A stretch of DNA of 64,000 nt from an uncultured Candidatus Binatia bacterium (GTDB lineage: Bacteria; Desulfobacterota; Binatia; Bin18). The translations under genes were made by a program, and so were the position numbers. This document shows positions 18,627 through 27,886 of this stretch, piece by piece (within the stretch, counting starts at the first letter, position 1; every line of letters begins with the position of its first letter). The notes under the pieces are model-generated. The model ran no database searches. It saw only the letters and a list, made by a program, of their open reading frames with translations, and had not been told where the DNA came from. Location of the stretch: assembly GCA_965214605.1 (NCBI GenBank), contig OZ243961.1, positions 2,831,008-2,895,007 on the forward strand, in the 5' to 3' direction.

Positions 18627-19883
18627 ATGGATCTCGAACACATGGTAGGCGCCCTGTGCCAGGCAGCGAAAAAAGCAGCCCGGGGGCTGGCTACGACCTC
18701 AACCCAGGCCAAAAACGAGGCCCTGCTCAAGTCGGCCACGGCACTGCGGCAGGACAGCCGGACGCTCCTGGCCGCTAACGCTCAGGATGTTGAGGCCGGC
18801 CGCCAGAATGGGCTGTCCTCAGCCATGCTTGATCGTCTGACGCTGACCGAGGAGCGCATTGAGAGCATGGCAAACGGCTTGGAGATTATTGTCGATCTGC
18901 CCGACCCGGTTGGCGAGACAGTAGCGATGTGGCGGCGTCCCAACGGCCTAGAGATCGGTCAGGTCCGGGTGCCGCTTGGCGTGGTGGGGATTATTTATGA
19001 ATCGCGTCCCAATGTGACGGCGGACGCCGCCGGTTTAGGGCTCAAAGCTGGCAATGCGGTGATTCTCAAAGGCGGCTCTGAGGCTTTTCGGACCAATGGC
19101 GCTATTGTTGATATTCTGACTGCGGCGCTTGGCCAGGTCGGATTGCCGCCTGCCGCTGTTCAACTTGTTCGATCGACCGATCGCAAGTCGGTGCACGTCT
19201 TGCTGCAACAGGACCGGTTTGTGGACGTCATTATTCCGCGTGGCGGAGAGGATCTCATTCGAGCGGTGACCGAGCAGTCCTCCATTCCGGTGATCCAGCA
19301 CTTTTCGGGCGTATGTCATACCTATGTGGATGCTGCGGCCGATTTTGACAAGGCCATGCGGATTACGCTCAATGCCAAGACTCAACGCCCCTGGGTGTGT
19401 AACGCTATGGAGAATTTGCTAGTCCATAAGGACGTTGCCCCCCACTTCTTACCCCCCTTTGTTGAAGCGCTTCACAAAGCTGGCGCAGAGGTTCGTGGCT
19501 GTGCGCGAACCAGACACATCGTTCCCGATGTCAAAGTGGCGACCGAGACGGATTGGCAGACCGAGTATTTAGACCTGATCCTGTCGATCAAAGTCGTTGA
19601 TTCGATCGATGAAGCCATTCCCTTTATTAACGACAACGGTTCTGGGCTAGCCGACGCCATTATCAGCGAGAATTACACCAGCACGCGGCGTTTTCTGCAA
19701 GAGATTGACTCGGCAACCGTATATGCCAACGCTTCGACCCGCTTTACCGACGGCTATGAATTCGGGTTTGGGGCCGAGATCGGCATTTCAACCAACCGAC
19801 TGCACGCGCGTGGACCCATGGGGCTACGCGAGTTAACCACCTATAAATACCTGATCTACGGCGATGGCCAAGTCAGAGAGTAA
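18627..19883 (+). CDS. proA: Gamma-glutamyl phosphate reductase
   Basis: Aligns with ProA along its whole length (ANAQDVEAGRQNGLS, RVPLGVVGIIYESRPNV, catalytic C in VCHTYVD, ARGPMGL). Start at the ATG at 18627. Confidence 0.9.
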   Translation: MDLEHMVGALCQAAKKAARGLATTSTQAKNEALLKSATALRQDSRTLLAANAQDVEAGRQNGLSSAMLDRLTLTEERIESMANGLEIIVDLPDPVGETVAMWRRPNGLEIGQVRVPLGVVGIIYESRPNVTADAAGLGLKAGNAVILKGGSEAFRTNGAIVDILTAALGQVGLPPAAVQLVRSTDRKSVHVLLQQDRFVDVIIPRGGEDLIRAVTEQSSIPVIQHFSGVCHTYVDAAADFDKAMRITLNAKTQRPWVCNAMENLLVHKDVAPHFLPPFVEALHKAGAEVRGCARTRHIVPDVKVATETDWQTEYLDLILSIKVVDSIDEAIPFINDNGSGLADAIISENYTSTRRFLQEIDSATVYANASTRFTDGYEFGFGAEIGISTNRLHARGPMGLRELTTYKYLIYGDGQVRE

Positions 19884-20538
19884 GAACACGGCTCCCCGTC
19901 CACACATTGGAATCTTTGGCGGGACGTTTAATCCGATCCACCTCGGTCACGTTCGGAGTGCCGAAGAGATTCGTCAGACCTGCGCCTTAGACCATATTTA
20001 TTTTGTGCCCTCCGCACGCCCTCCGCATAAAGACAACCGTGAGCTAGTGTCTGGCCAGCATCGGCTGCGGATGGTCGAATTGGCCGTGGCCGATGAGCCG
20101 GCCTTCTCGGCCTCGGGAGTTGAGCTCGAACGTCCGGGCCCGTCGTACTCGGTTGATACGCTGCGCCATTTTTGGGCCGCCCTGCCGTCCGCTTCTCTGT
20201 CTTTCATCTTGGGGCTCGACGCCTTTCTGGAAATGCAAACCTGGAAAGACTATCGGACTATTCCTCACCTATGTAACCTGATTGTCACCTCACGACCCGG
20301 CACACCGCGTCCGAGCTGCCCGCTTCCCGTTGAATTTCAGTCTGTTTTTTGTTACGATCCACTGTCAAGGATGTACACGCACCCTTCACATTCTACTCTT
20401 GTTATTTGTGAGATCAGCGGTCTCGATATCTCAGCATCAACGATCCGTCGGAACATTCGAAGCGGCACGTCCGTTCGTTCTCTCGTCCATCCAGCCGTGG
20501 CAGCCTATATTGCAGACCACGATTTGTACCAAAGGTGA
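19864..20538 (+). CDS. nadD: Nicotinate-nucleotide adenylyltransferase
   Basis: IGIFGGTFNPIHLGH (HxGH nucleotidyltransferase motif) and a C-terminal SxT motif (ISASTIR). Confidence 0.9.
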   Translation: MAKSESKNTAPRPHIGIFGGTFNPIHLGHVRSAEEIRQTCALDHIYFVPSARPPHKDNRELVSGQHRLRMVELAVADEPAFSASGVELERPGPSYSVDTLRHFWAALPSASLSFILGLDAFLEMQTWKDYRTIPHLCNLIVTSRPGTPRPSCPLPVEFQSVFCYDPLSRMYTHPSHSTLVICEISGLDISASTIRRNIRSGTSVRSLVHPAVAAYIADHDLYQR

Positions 20539-20602
20539 TTGGAATGTCCAACGATATCTTGTGTTCTCACATGCATCTTTGCCAGCAGGAGAGGTCAGTA
20601 TT

Positions 20603-20995
20603 TTGAACGATAAGAGCTGGGAAAAGGCTCTTCGCTGTGCTCAATCTGCGCTTGACAAAAAAGCGTATGACCTTGTGGCGCTCAAGGTCACTGCGCTCAC
20701 CCCGGTCGCCGACTATTTTATTGTGTGTACCGGTCGCTCTGATACTCAGGTGCGCAGCATTTGCGAAGCCATTGGAGAAGCCTTGTCGGCTCAGGGTATC
20801 CATCCCTTAGCGGTTGAAGGTTTTGTGAACGGACAGTGGGTGCTGATGGATTTTGGTGATGTGGTTGTCCATATTTTCTACGAGGACGTCCGGGAGTTCT
20901 ACAATTTGGACGGTCTCTGGGCCAACGCACTAAGATGTGAGTTGCCCGAACCGTACTCAAGCCAAGCCCAAGGTCTCAAGATCGCAACGGCCTGA
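20603..20995 (+). CDS. rsfS: Ribosome silencing factor RsfS (Iojap family)
   Basis: The C-terminal 130 aa of track ORF 20282..20995 match RsfS (DYFIVCTGRSDTQVRSI...VVHIF...REFYNLDGLW). TTG start at 20603 with an AGGAGAGG Shine-Dalgarno 8 nt upstream. The upstream part of the track ORF overlaps nadD out of frame. Confidence 0.8.
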   Translation: MNDKSWEKALRCAQSALDKKAYDLVALKVTALTPVADYFIVCTGRSDTQVRSICEAIGEALSAQGIHPLAVEGFVNGQWVLMDFGDVVVHIFYEDVREFYNLDGLWANALRCELPEPYSSQAQGLKIATA

Positions 20996-21066
20996 GGGAG
21001 GATCGAGAGACGCCGCTGCGTTGTCCGGTATAGAGATCGGAACGCGGGGTTTGACGGGGGGATTTT

Positions 21067-21504
21067 ATGGCTCGTACTTCTACTCCGACCGAAATCCTCT
21101 ACTACGGGAGTACCCGCCAGGAACAGTACTGGGAAAACGAAAACCAAACGCTCCGTATTGCCCGCAATATCTCCTCACCGATGTGGCTGGCCTACCGCAA
21201 ACAGAGCGGAACCTACCGGCCCTTTCCGGCCCGACCGCGCACGGCCACAACAAGAAAACGGGGCCGCCGCAAAGAGGCCCATACGCTGCCCTTGGCCGGA
21301 CGCAGCGCAGAAGAGGTTGTCACCCAACTCAAAAAGTTTCATAAGCTAAGCTTGTCCCTTGAGCAGCGTTTACGGAGATGGATGAATAAGAGCTCTGGGG
21401 AGCGAGTCTTGGCCTTTCTTGACCCCAATCAGGGTGGTGCGCCTGTGATGACCGATCCCGGAATCCCGCAATCCCAGCAGAGTCACCTCCACAAAGAGGA
21501 GTAG
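21067..21504 (+). CDS. Hypothetical basic protein (145 aa) in an otherwise ORF-poor region
   Basis: G-rich Shine-Dalgarno-like stretch (GACGGGGGGA) 5 nt before the ATG. Arg/Lys-rich sequence with no recognisable family. May be non-coding. Confidence 0.25.
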   Translation: MARTSTPTEILYYGSTRQEQYWENENQTLRIARNISSPMWLAYRKQSGTYRPFPARPRTATTRKRGRRKEAHTLPLAGRSAEEVVTQLKKFHKLSLSLEQRLRRWMNKSSGERVLAFLDPNQGGAPVMTDPGIPQSQQSHLHKEE

Positions 21505-22360
21505 GGGAGACCTCCGCCCGTCTGCTGAGTCGTCGCCAAAGGGGCGAGGCATGGGGAGGATCGTTCGCAAACCGCCTCGGCGCCTCCGTCCTTTGCATTC
21601 TGAGCGCGTAGTGGGGACACGGCCGACGTATGGAAGAAGAGGCGCTGGAGGCTCAGACAGCGCGCTTGAGGCAAAAAAGAGATCGACTGCGGCTGACCGT
21701 GGAGAGTCGTAGATATAAGGTCTATGAGCAGAAAAAAAGAAGCGATCGAAGCCTAAGGGATTGTAGTGATGGTGCTTGGCGTCATGCACACAGACCAACC
21801 CGCTCCACGTGGCAACACCGCTCTGCCAGAAACCGTCATCCCAAGCCGATGGTCGCCCACCCGGCTCTCTCTGCAGTCCAAGAAAAACCGGCTGCAACAG
21901 GAGTTATGACCTTGACCCGTCTTGCTCCGGCTCAGGAGGCGAGCCTTTCACCTTGGTACGCCGTCTCTTCTCAGCATCAGACGCTGAAGCCCGCCCGTCG
22001 GCTGCCACGGCCCTTCTCGTGAAAACGCCCCTGGCCGGATTGGCCAGAGTCTGGGCCGTCGGGGAGTCCAAACCCGACAACCAGCCTCAGTCTCACTTTG
22101 CACTCCACAAGCAGCTGCTGGCCCGGATGGGCGTCGATTCACAGTCTGCGCCGTCTCCCCCTGCTCATGTCTCTTCCCACCAAAAATACTGCAAGCTTCC
22201 TCTTGCCGTTAGGCAGCTCCGTACAATGCCACCCTTTGGCAGTCTGTCCACGTTGGTTTCTGGATGGTCGAGATTGTGACTAGGGTCGGCTTAGATTAGA
22301 TGGTATTGTGTCTCAGCCCCCGAATCGTTCAGTCCAGCCCCCTATGGAGAAAGATCACCG

Positions 22361-23176
22361 ATGGACAAGCGCGACCGCCTTCCCCCCCTACTCCAACACA
22401 AAGCCTACGGCCAGGCGTCCAAGTTTGTAGCGGACAAGCTGCTGCGAGAAGCTCGCCGCCAAAAGGCGTTGCCAGACGGGCGGCTCCCCCGGGTGTGTGT
22501 GCTTGACCCCGATGGAGATATTGTGGCTAATCTGTTGGCGCGCGGGCAGGCCCGGCACAACGCGGTCTGGGCCTGTTACCATACCACAATGTATAATTTT
22601 TGTCGGGACCAGGTTGAGTGTGGGATTATCGGGGCGGTGGTCGGAGCGCCGTTTGCCGTCCTGGTGGCTGAAGAATTATTTGCTTCAGGCTGTGAGTTGC
22701 TCATTCATGTGACCTCCTCGGGTCAAATCGTCCCAAGCTGGCAGCCGCCGTTTTTTCTGCTCGTTGAAAAAGCTTTGCGAGACGAGGGTACCAGCTATCA
22801 CTACCTGCCCGCGGCCGACTTCTCATACCTCCGTCCTGAACTGCTTGATCTGCTCCGGAACGCCTTTGACGCCCTTGATACGCCGGTCTATCGGGGTGCA
22901 AGCTGGACCACCGACGCTCCCTTTCGAGAAACCCAGACCGCGATCAGTCAGGCCAAAGCGCGGGGTATTATGGCGGTTGAGATGGAGGTGGCCGGGCTGT
23001 ACGCTTTTTCCCAGGCCCGGGCCAAACCAGTGGTGTGTTTCGCCCATGTCACCAATCAAATGGGCGACGTCGAGGGCGATTTTGAGAAGGGCGAGGCGCA
23101 GGGCAGTCAAGCCGCCCTGGAGATTATTCTGGCAACGGCAAAAACCTGGCTGGCCGCCCAGCCCACTCCTTTGTGA
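22361..23176 (+). CDS. Nucleoside phosphorylase, PNP/UDP family 1
   Basis: Phosphate-binding region (VCVLDPDGD...ARG), a ribose-binding MEVAGLY segment equivalent to the EMEXAA motif, and a size of 271 aa all fit family-1 nucleoside phosphorylases. Confidence 0.7.
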   Translation: MDKRDRLPPLLQHKAYGQASKFVADKLLREARRQKALPDGRLPRVCVLDPDGDIVANLLARGQARHNAVWACYHTTMYNFCRDQVECGIIGAVVGAPFAVLVAEELFASGCELLIHVTSSGQIVPSWQPPFFLLVEKALRDEGTSYHYLPAADFSYLRPELLDLLRNAFDALDTPVYRGASWTTDAPFRETQTAISQAKARGIMAVEMEVAGLYAFSQARAKPVVCFAHVTNQMGDVEGDFEKGEAQGSQAALEIILATAKTWLAAQPTPL

Positions 23177-23272
23177 GGAGCCTTGACGCCCAAGCCGCCA
23201 AGGGTTGCAGAGGGTTGTTGAATCTTGCTATGTATCTGCGGCAATTGTAAACACGACAGAGGGGCGAGATCG

Positions 23273-23842
23273 ATGAATATAGAACACAACGAACCGTCTT
23301 TCCCGCAAGACCGAGAAATTGCCACCCTGGGCGGCGGCTGCTTCTGGTGTCTCGAAGCGGTCTATGTCGAACTCAAGGGAGTTGACCGAGTTGTGTCTGG
23401 CTACATGGGAGGAGAGATGCCGAACCCCTCTTATGAAGAGGTGTGTGCGGGGACGACAGGCCACGCAGAAGTGGTCCAGGTGACGCATGACCCCAGTATG
23501 ATTTCTTTCCAGGATATCTTACAGGTCTTCTTCACCATCCATGATCCAACCACCCTGAATCGCCAAGGCGCGGATGTCGGCACCCAGTACCGTTCGGCGA
23601 TTTACTACCACACGCCCACCCAAGAAGAAATCTCGGCCGCGGTCATCCAGGAGCTTGAGGCCGCCGGCGTGTGGGACGGAAAATTTGTGACCGAAGTTGC
23701 CCCCGCTGGGCCGTTCTATCCGGCTGAAGACTACCACCAAGACTTTTTTGCCCGCAATCCGTACCAACCCTACTGTCAGTATGTGGTCGCTCCCAAAGTC
23801 TCAAGACTGCGCAAAGCTTTTGCCGACAAGCTCAAACGCTAA
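23273..23842 (+). CDS. msrA: Peptide methionine sulfoxide reductase MsrA
   Basis: GGGCFWC active-site motif plus HDPTTLNRQG and YHQ motifs. ATG at 23273 with a GAGGGG Shine-Dalgarno. Confidence 0.9.
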   Translation: MNIEHNEPSFPQDREIATLGGGCFWCLEAVYVELKGVDRVVSGYMGGEMPNPSYEEVCAGTTGHAEVVQVTHDPSMISFQDILQVFFTIHDPTTLNRQGADVGTQYRSAIYYHTPTQEEISAAVIQELEAAGVWDGKFVTEVAPAGPFYPAEDYHQDFFARNPYQPYCQYVVAPKVSRLRKAFADKLKR

Positions 23843-23930
23843 ACGTTCTGAGCGACTCTCCAGCAGCATCAAGAGAGAATGGTAGTGGTGCCCTCCCCCA
23901 GCCTTTTGTGCGTCTCTGCGCAGCCACGGC

Positions 23931-24662
23931 TCAGAGCGTATAGCCCTGGCGTCTCAGTCGCTTGGCCGCTTCACGAAAGCTGAGGCTGCTCAGCCGTGCC
24001 CTGTTGTGGAGCAGAAAGGTGCGTACCTGCTCGGGGGCGGTTGCCGAGTAATCGCGTAGTGCCCAACCGATAGCTTTTCGAATGAAGAACGCGGTTTCGG
24101 CCGCGGTCTGACGGCAATAGCCGAACAGACGCCGCGCATCGGTGTCGTCTTTGTGATGGATTTGTGACAAGAGGGCCGTGCGACGAAGCCACATGTCCTG
24201 GTCGTTAATCCAGGCGTCCATGCTTGGACTAACGGCTGAGCGATATCTGTACAAGACGCGCCCGACTAGCTGGATGGCAATCTCATCGACGAAGTCCCAC
24301 CAGCCACCTTCTTGGATGAGCTGCTTGTACAAGGGCAGCGACTCGGGAGTGACAAACCCATCATACAGCCGGGCGATATGAATGGCCAGGTATTTTTCCT
24401 CCCGGTGGGGCAGAGCCCATAGACTTTTCACCACCTGTTCGTAGGCGTTGTGGCTGGTGAGAGAAAAACGGGATTTGATCGTGCTTGCAATCCGGTCCCG
24501 CTCAGGCTTGGGCACGCCATAAAACGGCATATCCGTCTTCATGTAGGCAGCCATTGTCGCGGCCTTGGCCGGGTCGGCACGTGAGTGCAGTTGGCTGGTC
24601 ACAAAGGCCAACAACTCGGGGACCGAAGATGGGGATGACGGGTGTGCCCGAAGCCGAACCAT
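23931..24662 (-). CDS. DNA alkylation repair enzyme (AlkD/AlkC-like HEAT-repeat glycosylase family)
   Basis: Matches the DNA_alkylation family (AAKAATMAAYMKTDMPFYGVPKPERDRIAS..., WWD...AIGWALRDYS). Start is uncertain; the track ORF extends to a TTG at 24725. Confidence 0.7.
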   Translation of the reverse strand: MVRLRAHPSSPSSVPELLAFVTSQLHSRADPAKAATMAAYMKTDMPFYGVPKPERDRIASTIKSRFSLTSHNAYEQVVKSLWALPHREEKYLAIHIARLYDGFVTPESLPLYKQLIQEGGWWDFVDEIAIQLVGRVLYRYRSAVSPSMDAWINDQDMWLRRTALLSQIHHKDDTDARRLFGYCRQTAAETAFFIRKAIGWALRDYSATAPEQVRTFLLHNRARLSSLSFREAAKRLRRQGYTL

Positions 24663-25699
24663 CTCACAGAGTGTACCCAATGCTCTGTTGCTCAACCACC
24701 CCCGCCTGCGGATGGAACGGCGCAACAGGACAAGAGAGGATTGATACAGTCCTTGGCTAGACAGGCTTGCCCGTACAAATTCCGTAGGCGCTCGGTGCCA
24801 ATCCTGGGCCCGCCTTTGACGAGTGAGGAGGGTCTCTGAACACTGAAGCCAAGCCTAGGAGGGCAAGTTTATGATCGAGTTTGTCGGGCAATGGAGGGAA
24901 AAGGAAAACGCCGTATGTCTGCGCTTCCTCAAACGCTCCCTGGGAGTTCCAGAATGTTTCGAAAAAAATCACTCCCAAAAGTCGCCTGTTTTCCGATGAG
25001 CGCAAGCAGCATCGGAGGTCACACCATCTCATCTAGCTCGTCTTTCCTGATACCTTCGAAGCAGTGGTCTCTCTCTGTGCTCAAGAGAGGATTGCCAAGC
25101 GGACCGTGTCAAGGAGTTGACGGGCGATATTGATCGCCGAGCGGGAGCGGATTCGCAGAGGTCTTGTCGCTGAGGACGGCAGCGATTGTGGCTTCTATGA
25201 CGACCCGATCATCTGGCAGGACAACAGGTAGAAGAAAAGACAGCCCGCGCGTACCGCTCTAGCAGACGACTCTTCGGCCCCGAAACTCTTGGTGGGCCCC
25301 TTACATAGAGAGGCTGCTCAACGAGAAGGGGTGGGTCATCTTTACGAGGGCGCTTGGCACGGGCAAGATCTACGTTGCGCGGAGAGATACTGTCTGAGTG
25401 GATCGAAGGAACGCGGTCCGGCGTGTCCTAGCTCCACCCGTCCTACGCCTGCGAGGATTTTGTCCTACCGATCTGTACAGATCAGGGGGCCGCGCCTGGA
25501 GCCAGTCTCACGAACGGGCCGTTAGTCGAAGCGGCAGAGAGGGCGAAGGAGGAGCCGGACGCCAAGCACTTCCTTAGTGATTGATGAAATCAACCAGCGG
25601 GCAGCCTCGCCACGGTGTTCGGTGACTGGGACTAGGCGATATACCTATACAGTCCCGACGATGAGCTATTTTCATTAAAAACCTCTCCCCGGGAAAGCC

Positions 25700-25728
25700 T
25701 TGTATTGCCCGGTCCAGGATGCTTTAAG
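25700..25728 (+). promoter_or_regulatory. Candidate promoter for the crotonase gene
   Basis: TTGTAT (25700-25705), a 17-nt spacer, then TTTAAG (25723-25728), about 25 nt upstream of a GGGAGG Shine-Dalgarno and ATG. Lies at the end of a roughly 1-kb non-coding stretch. Confidence 0.25.
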
Positions 25729-25752
25729 TCTGAGCCACAAGGGAGGACAGCC

Positions 25753-26517
25753 ATGGCGAGGTTCGAAGACTACGCGACTGCCTACAAACATGTTCGGATG
25801 GAGCGGCGCAACGGCATTTTGCAGATGCAGTTACACACCGATGGCGGAACGCTGCGCTGGGGAGAGAGCCCGCATTCCGAATTAGGACAATGTTTTTACG
25901 ATATTGGGAGTGACCCGGAGAATAAGGTCATTATTCTAACCGGAACGGAGGACAAGTTTATCGCCCGGTTTGCCCGAGAGGAGCAGTGGGAGATCACTCC
26001 CCAGCGCTGGGACCATATTTATTGGGACGCCAAAAAGCTGCTGATGAACCACCTCGATATCGAAGTCCCAATGATCGCCGCGGTCAACGGCCCGGCCACC
26101 ATTCACGCTGAACTGGGCGTGTTGTGCGATATCGTGCTGGCGACCGAGGACAGCGTCTTCCAAGACGCCCCCCATTTTCCCAATGGAATCGTGCCGGGCG
26201 ATGGGGTCCATGTGGTGTGGCCGCTGCTGCTCGGTATCAACCGGGGACGATACTTCTTGCTGACCGGCCAAAAGCTGTCGGCTCAGGAAGCGCTGGATCT
26301 TGGAGTGGTGAACGAAATCGCGCCGCGTGACCAACTGCTAGCACGCGCTTGGGAGCTGGCTGAGCAGATTGTTGATAAACCGCCGCTGACCGTCCGCTAT
26401 GCCCGGGTCGCCCTCACCCAGCAACTCAAACGGCTGATGCTTGACAACCTCGGCTACGGCTTGTCCTTGGAAGGCTTAGGGGCCAACGATTATTGGCCGG
26501 GGGGCAAGAAGCGCTAG
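25753..26517 (+). CDS. Enoyl-CoA hydratase/isomerase (crotonase superfamily)
   Basis: Crotonase-fold oxyanion region ([14 protein letters not shown]), 254 aa. GGGAGG Shine-Dalgarno before the ATG at 25753. Confidence 0.75.
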   Translation: MARFEDYATAYKHVRMERRNGILQMQLHTDGGTLRWGESPHSELGQCFYDIGSDPENKVIILTGTEDKFIARFAREEQWEITPQRWDHIYWDAKKLLMNHLDIEVPMIAAVNGPATIHAELGVLCDIVLATEDSVFQDAPHFPNGIVPGDGVHVVWPLLLGINRGRYFLLTGQKLSAQEALDLGVVNEIAPRDQLLARAWELAEQIVDKPPLTVRYARVALTQQLKRLMLDNLGYGLSLEGLGANDYWPGGKKR

Positions 26518-26542
26518 AGCGGACGCTGGGGCGTGAGGCCGC

Positions 26543-27754
26543 CTATTGAAACGGTGCGTCGTTCGTCTGACCCAGCAGGTATTTGCCCATTAGCTCCGCC
26601 ACCCGGTCAGGGTGGGCGTTAATATGGAGCGGCATGGCCTGAAAGTCACGATAGCGGCGCTCAAAGGAGCCGCTCTCACGCAGTCCGTTGCCGCCCTGGA
26701 CCCTGAGGAGCAGACGCATGGCTTCATCACATAGCCGCAGGGCGACCATGCTGTAGCTCAACTGGCGCAGGTAATCGGCCTCAGTCGGGCTTATCCCAGC
26801 TTCAATGCGGGCGTCGGTCTCGGCACAGCCTGTTTCTATGGCTGCCCGGGCGGCAGAAATCGAGGCGCCGGCCTGGCCGATGTTTAACTGTACGGCTGGC
26901 CGCTCCGCGACTTTGACGCCAAAGATGGCAATTCGGTCAGACAGCTCGGCACACGCTTCCCCAAGCGCGGCGGTCGCGAGACCAACTGCTTGGGCGCCCA
27001 GCCACAGGTCTGACAGGGCAACCCAGTCTTCCCGGTAGCGCTGGGCAATGACAGGGGTCTGGGGATCGCGGAAGGTGTAGCGAAAATTGAGCGGAAAAGG
27101 TCGGAGCAAGGAGGCCGGGACTGAGACCGACTCGTAATTGATATGGTCGGTGGCGGACGCCCGCAGGCTCATTGAGTTCCAGGTTGGATCAATAGACACC
27201 CCCGCGGCGTCGGTCCGAACCAGCGTAAAGCGGATATCCGGCTTACCTTTGGGCTCTGTCTCACCAGCGTCTAGCGCAAACAAACACGCCGCCCATTCGG
27301 CGTAGCGTGAGCCTGAGGCAAAACTTGCCCGGCCGTTAATAATCACCTGGTCTCCGTCACGCTGTCCCCGTACGCTTGTTCCTGCTCCGGCCGGAAAACT
27401 AACCCATTCCCGATTTTCCACAATCTGCCGCAAGAGGTCTACCACGTCTGGGCCCATTTGGGCCACAATGAAATGGAACACGCACAGATGATTCCACAAA
27501 CACCAAGCGGTTGAGGCGCAGCGTGCAGACACGGCCTCAAGCTCTCTGGCGATCTGGCCGATACTCGCTTCCACTCCGCCAATAGTGCGAGTGGCCGACA
27601 GGCGCATGACATCGGTCTGTTTCAAGGCCTGAATAACGTCTGAAGCAACACTGCGGGTTTGGTCGGCTTGGGGGGCTTGTGCAGCAATACGTGCTAACAG
27701 CGGTGCACACACCAACTCGTGCTCACGCCCCATAAAATCTTGTACGCTATTCAT
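26543..27754 (-). CDS. Acyl-CoA dehydrogenase family protein
   Basis: 403 aa with three-domain ACAD architecture and a C-terminal QVQGGNGLRESGSFERRYRD motif (catalytic-base region). Confidence 0.75.
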   Translation of the reverse strand: MNSVQDFMGREHELVCAPLLARIAAQAPQADQTRSVASDVIQALKQTDVMRLSATRTIGGVEASIGQIARELEAVSARCASTAWCLWNHLCVFHFIVAQMGPDVVDLLRQIVENREWVSFPAGAGTSVRGQRDGDQVIINGRASFASGSRYAEWAACLFALDAGETEPKGKPDIRFTLVRTDAAGVSIDPTWNSMSLRASATDHINYESVSVPASLLRPFPLNFRYTFRDPQTPVIAQRYREDWVALSDLWLGAQAVGLATAALGEACAELSDRIAIFGVKVAERPAVQLNIGQAGASISAARAAIETGCAETDARIEAGISPTEADYLRQLSYSMVALRLCDEAMRLLLRVQGGNGLRESGSFERRYRDFQAMPLHINAHPDRVAELMGKYLLGQTNDAPFQ

Positions 27755-27886
27755 AAGGAGACTCCTTCGACACACCTCTCGGGCGGCATGGTGTCAGCGG
27801 TGCTGAGGCGTGTCAAGCAAGCGCGAAACAGCCTCTTGCCGACAGCTCAGGCCGTGTTAGAGTGCCGGGCAAAGGAGGGGCGATCC

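Noticed and set aside
20282-20995. Track ORF of 237 aa that looks like a single gene after nadD
   Set aside because: Its first approximately 107 codons overlap nadD (19864-20538) in another frame and encode low-complexity sequence. Only the C-terminal 130 aa match RsfS. The gene is called from the TTG at 20603, which has an AGGAGAGG Shine-Dalgarno.
25289-25525. Possible pseudogene fragment with a GTGK-like motif in the 24.7-25.7 kb non-coding region
   Set aside because: The motif (RALGTGKI) does not satisfy the Walker A spacing GxxxxGK[ST], and no extended frame or homology is recognisable.
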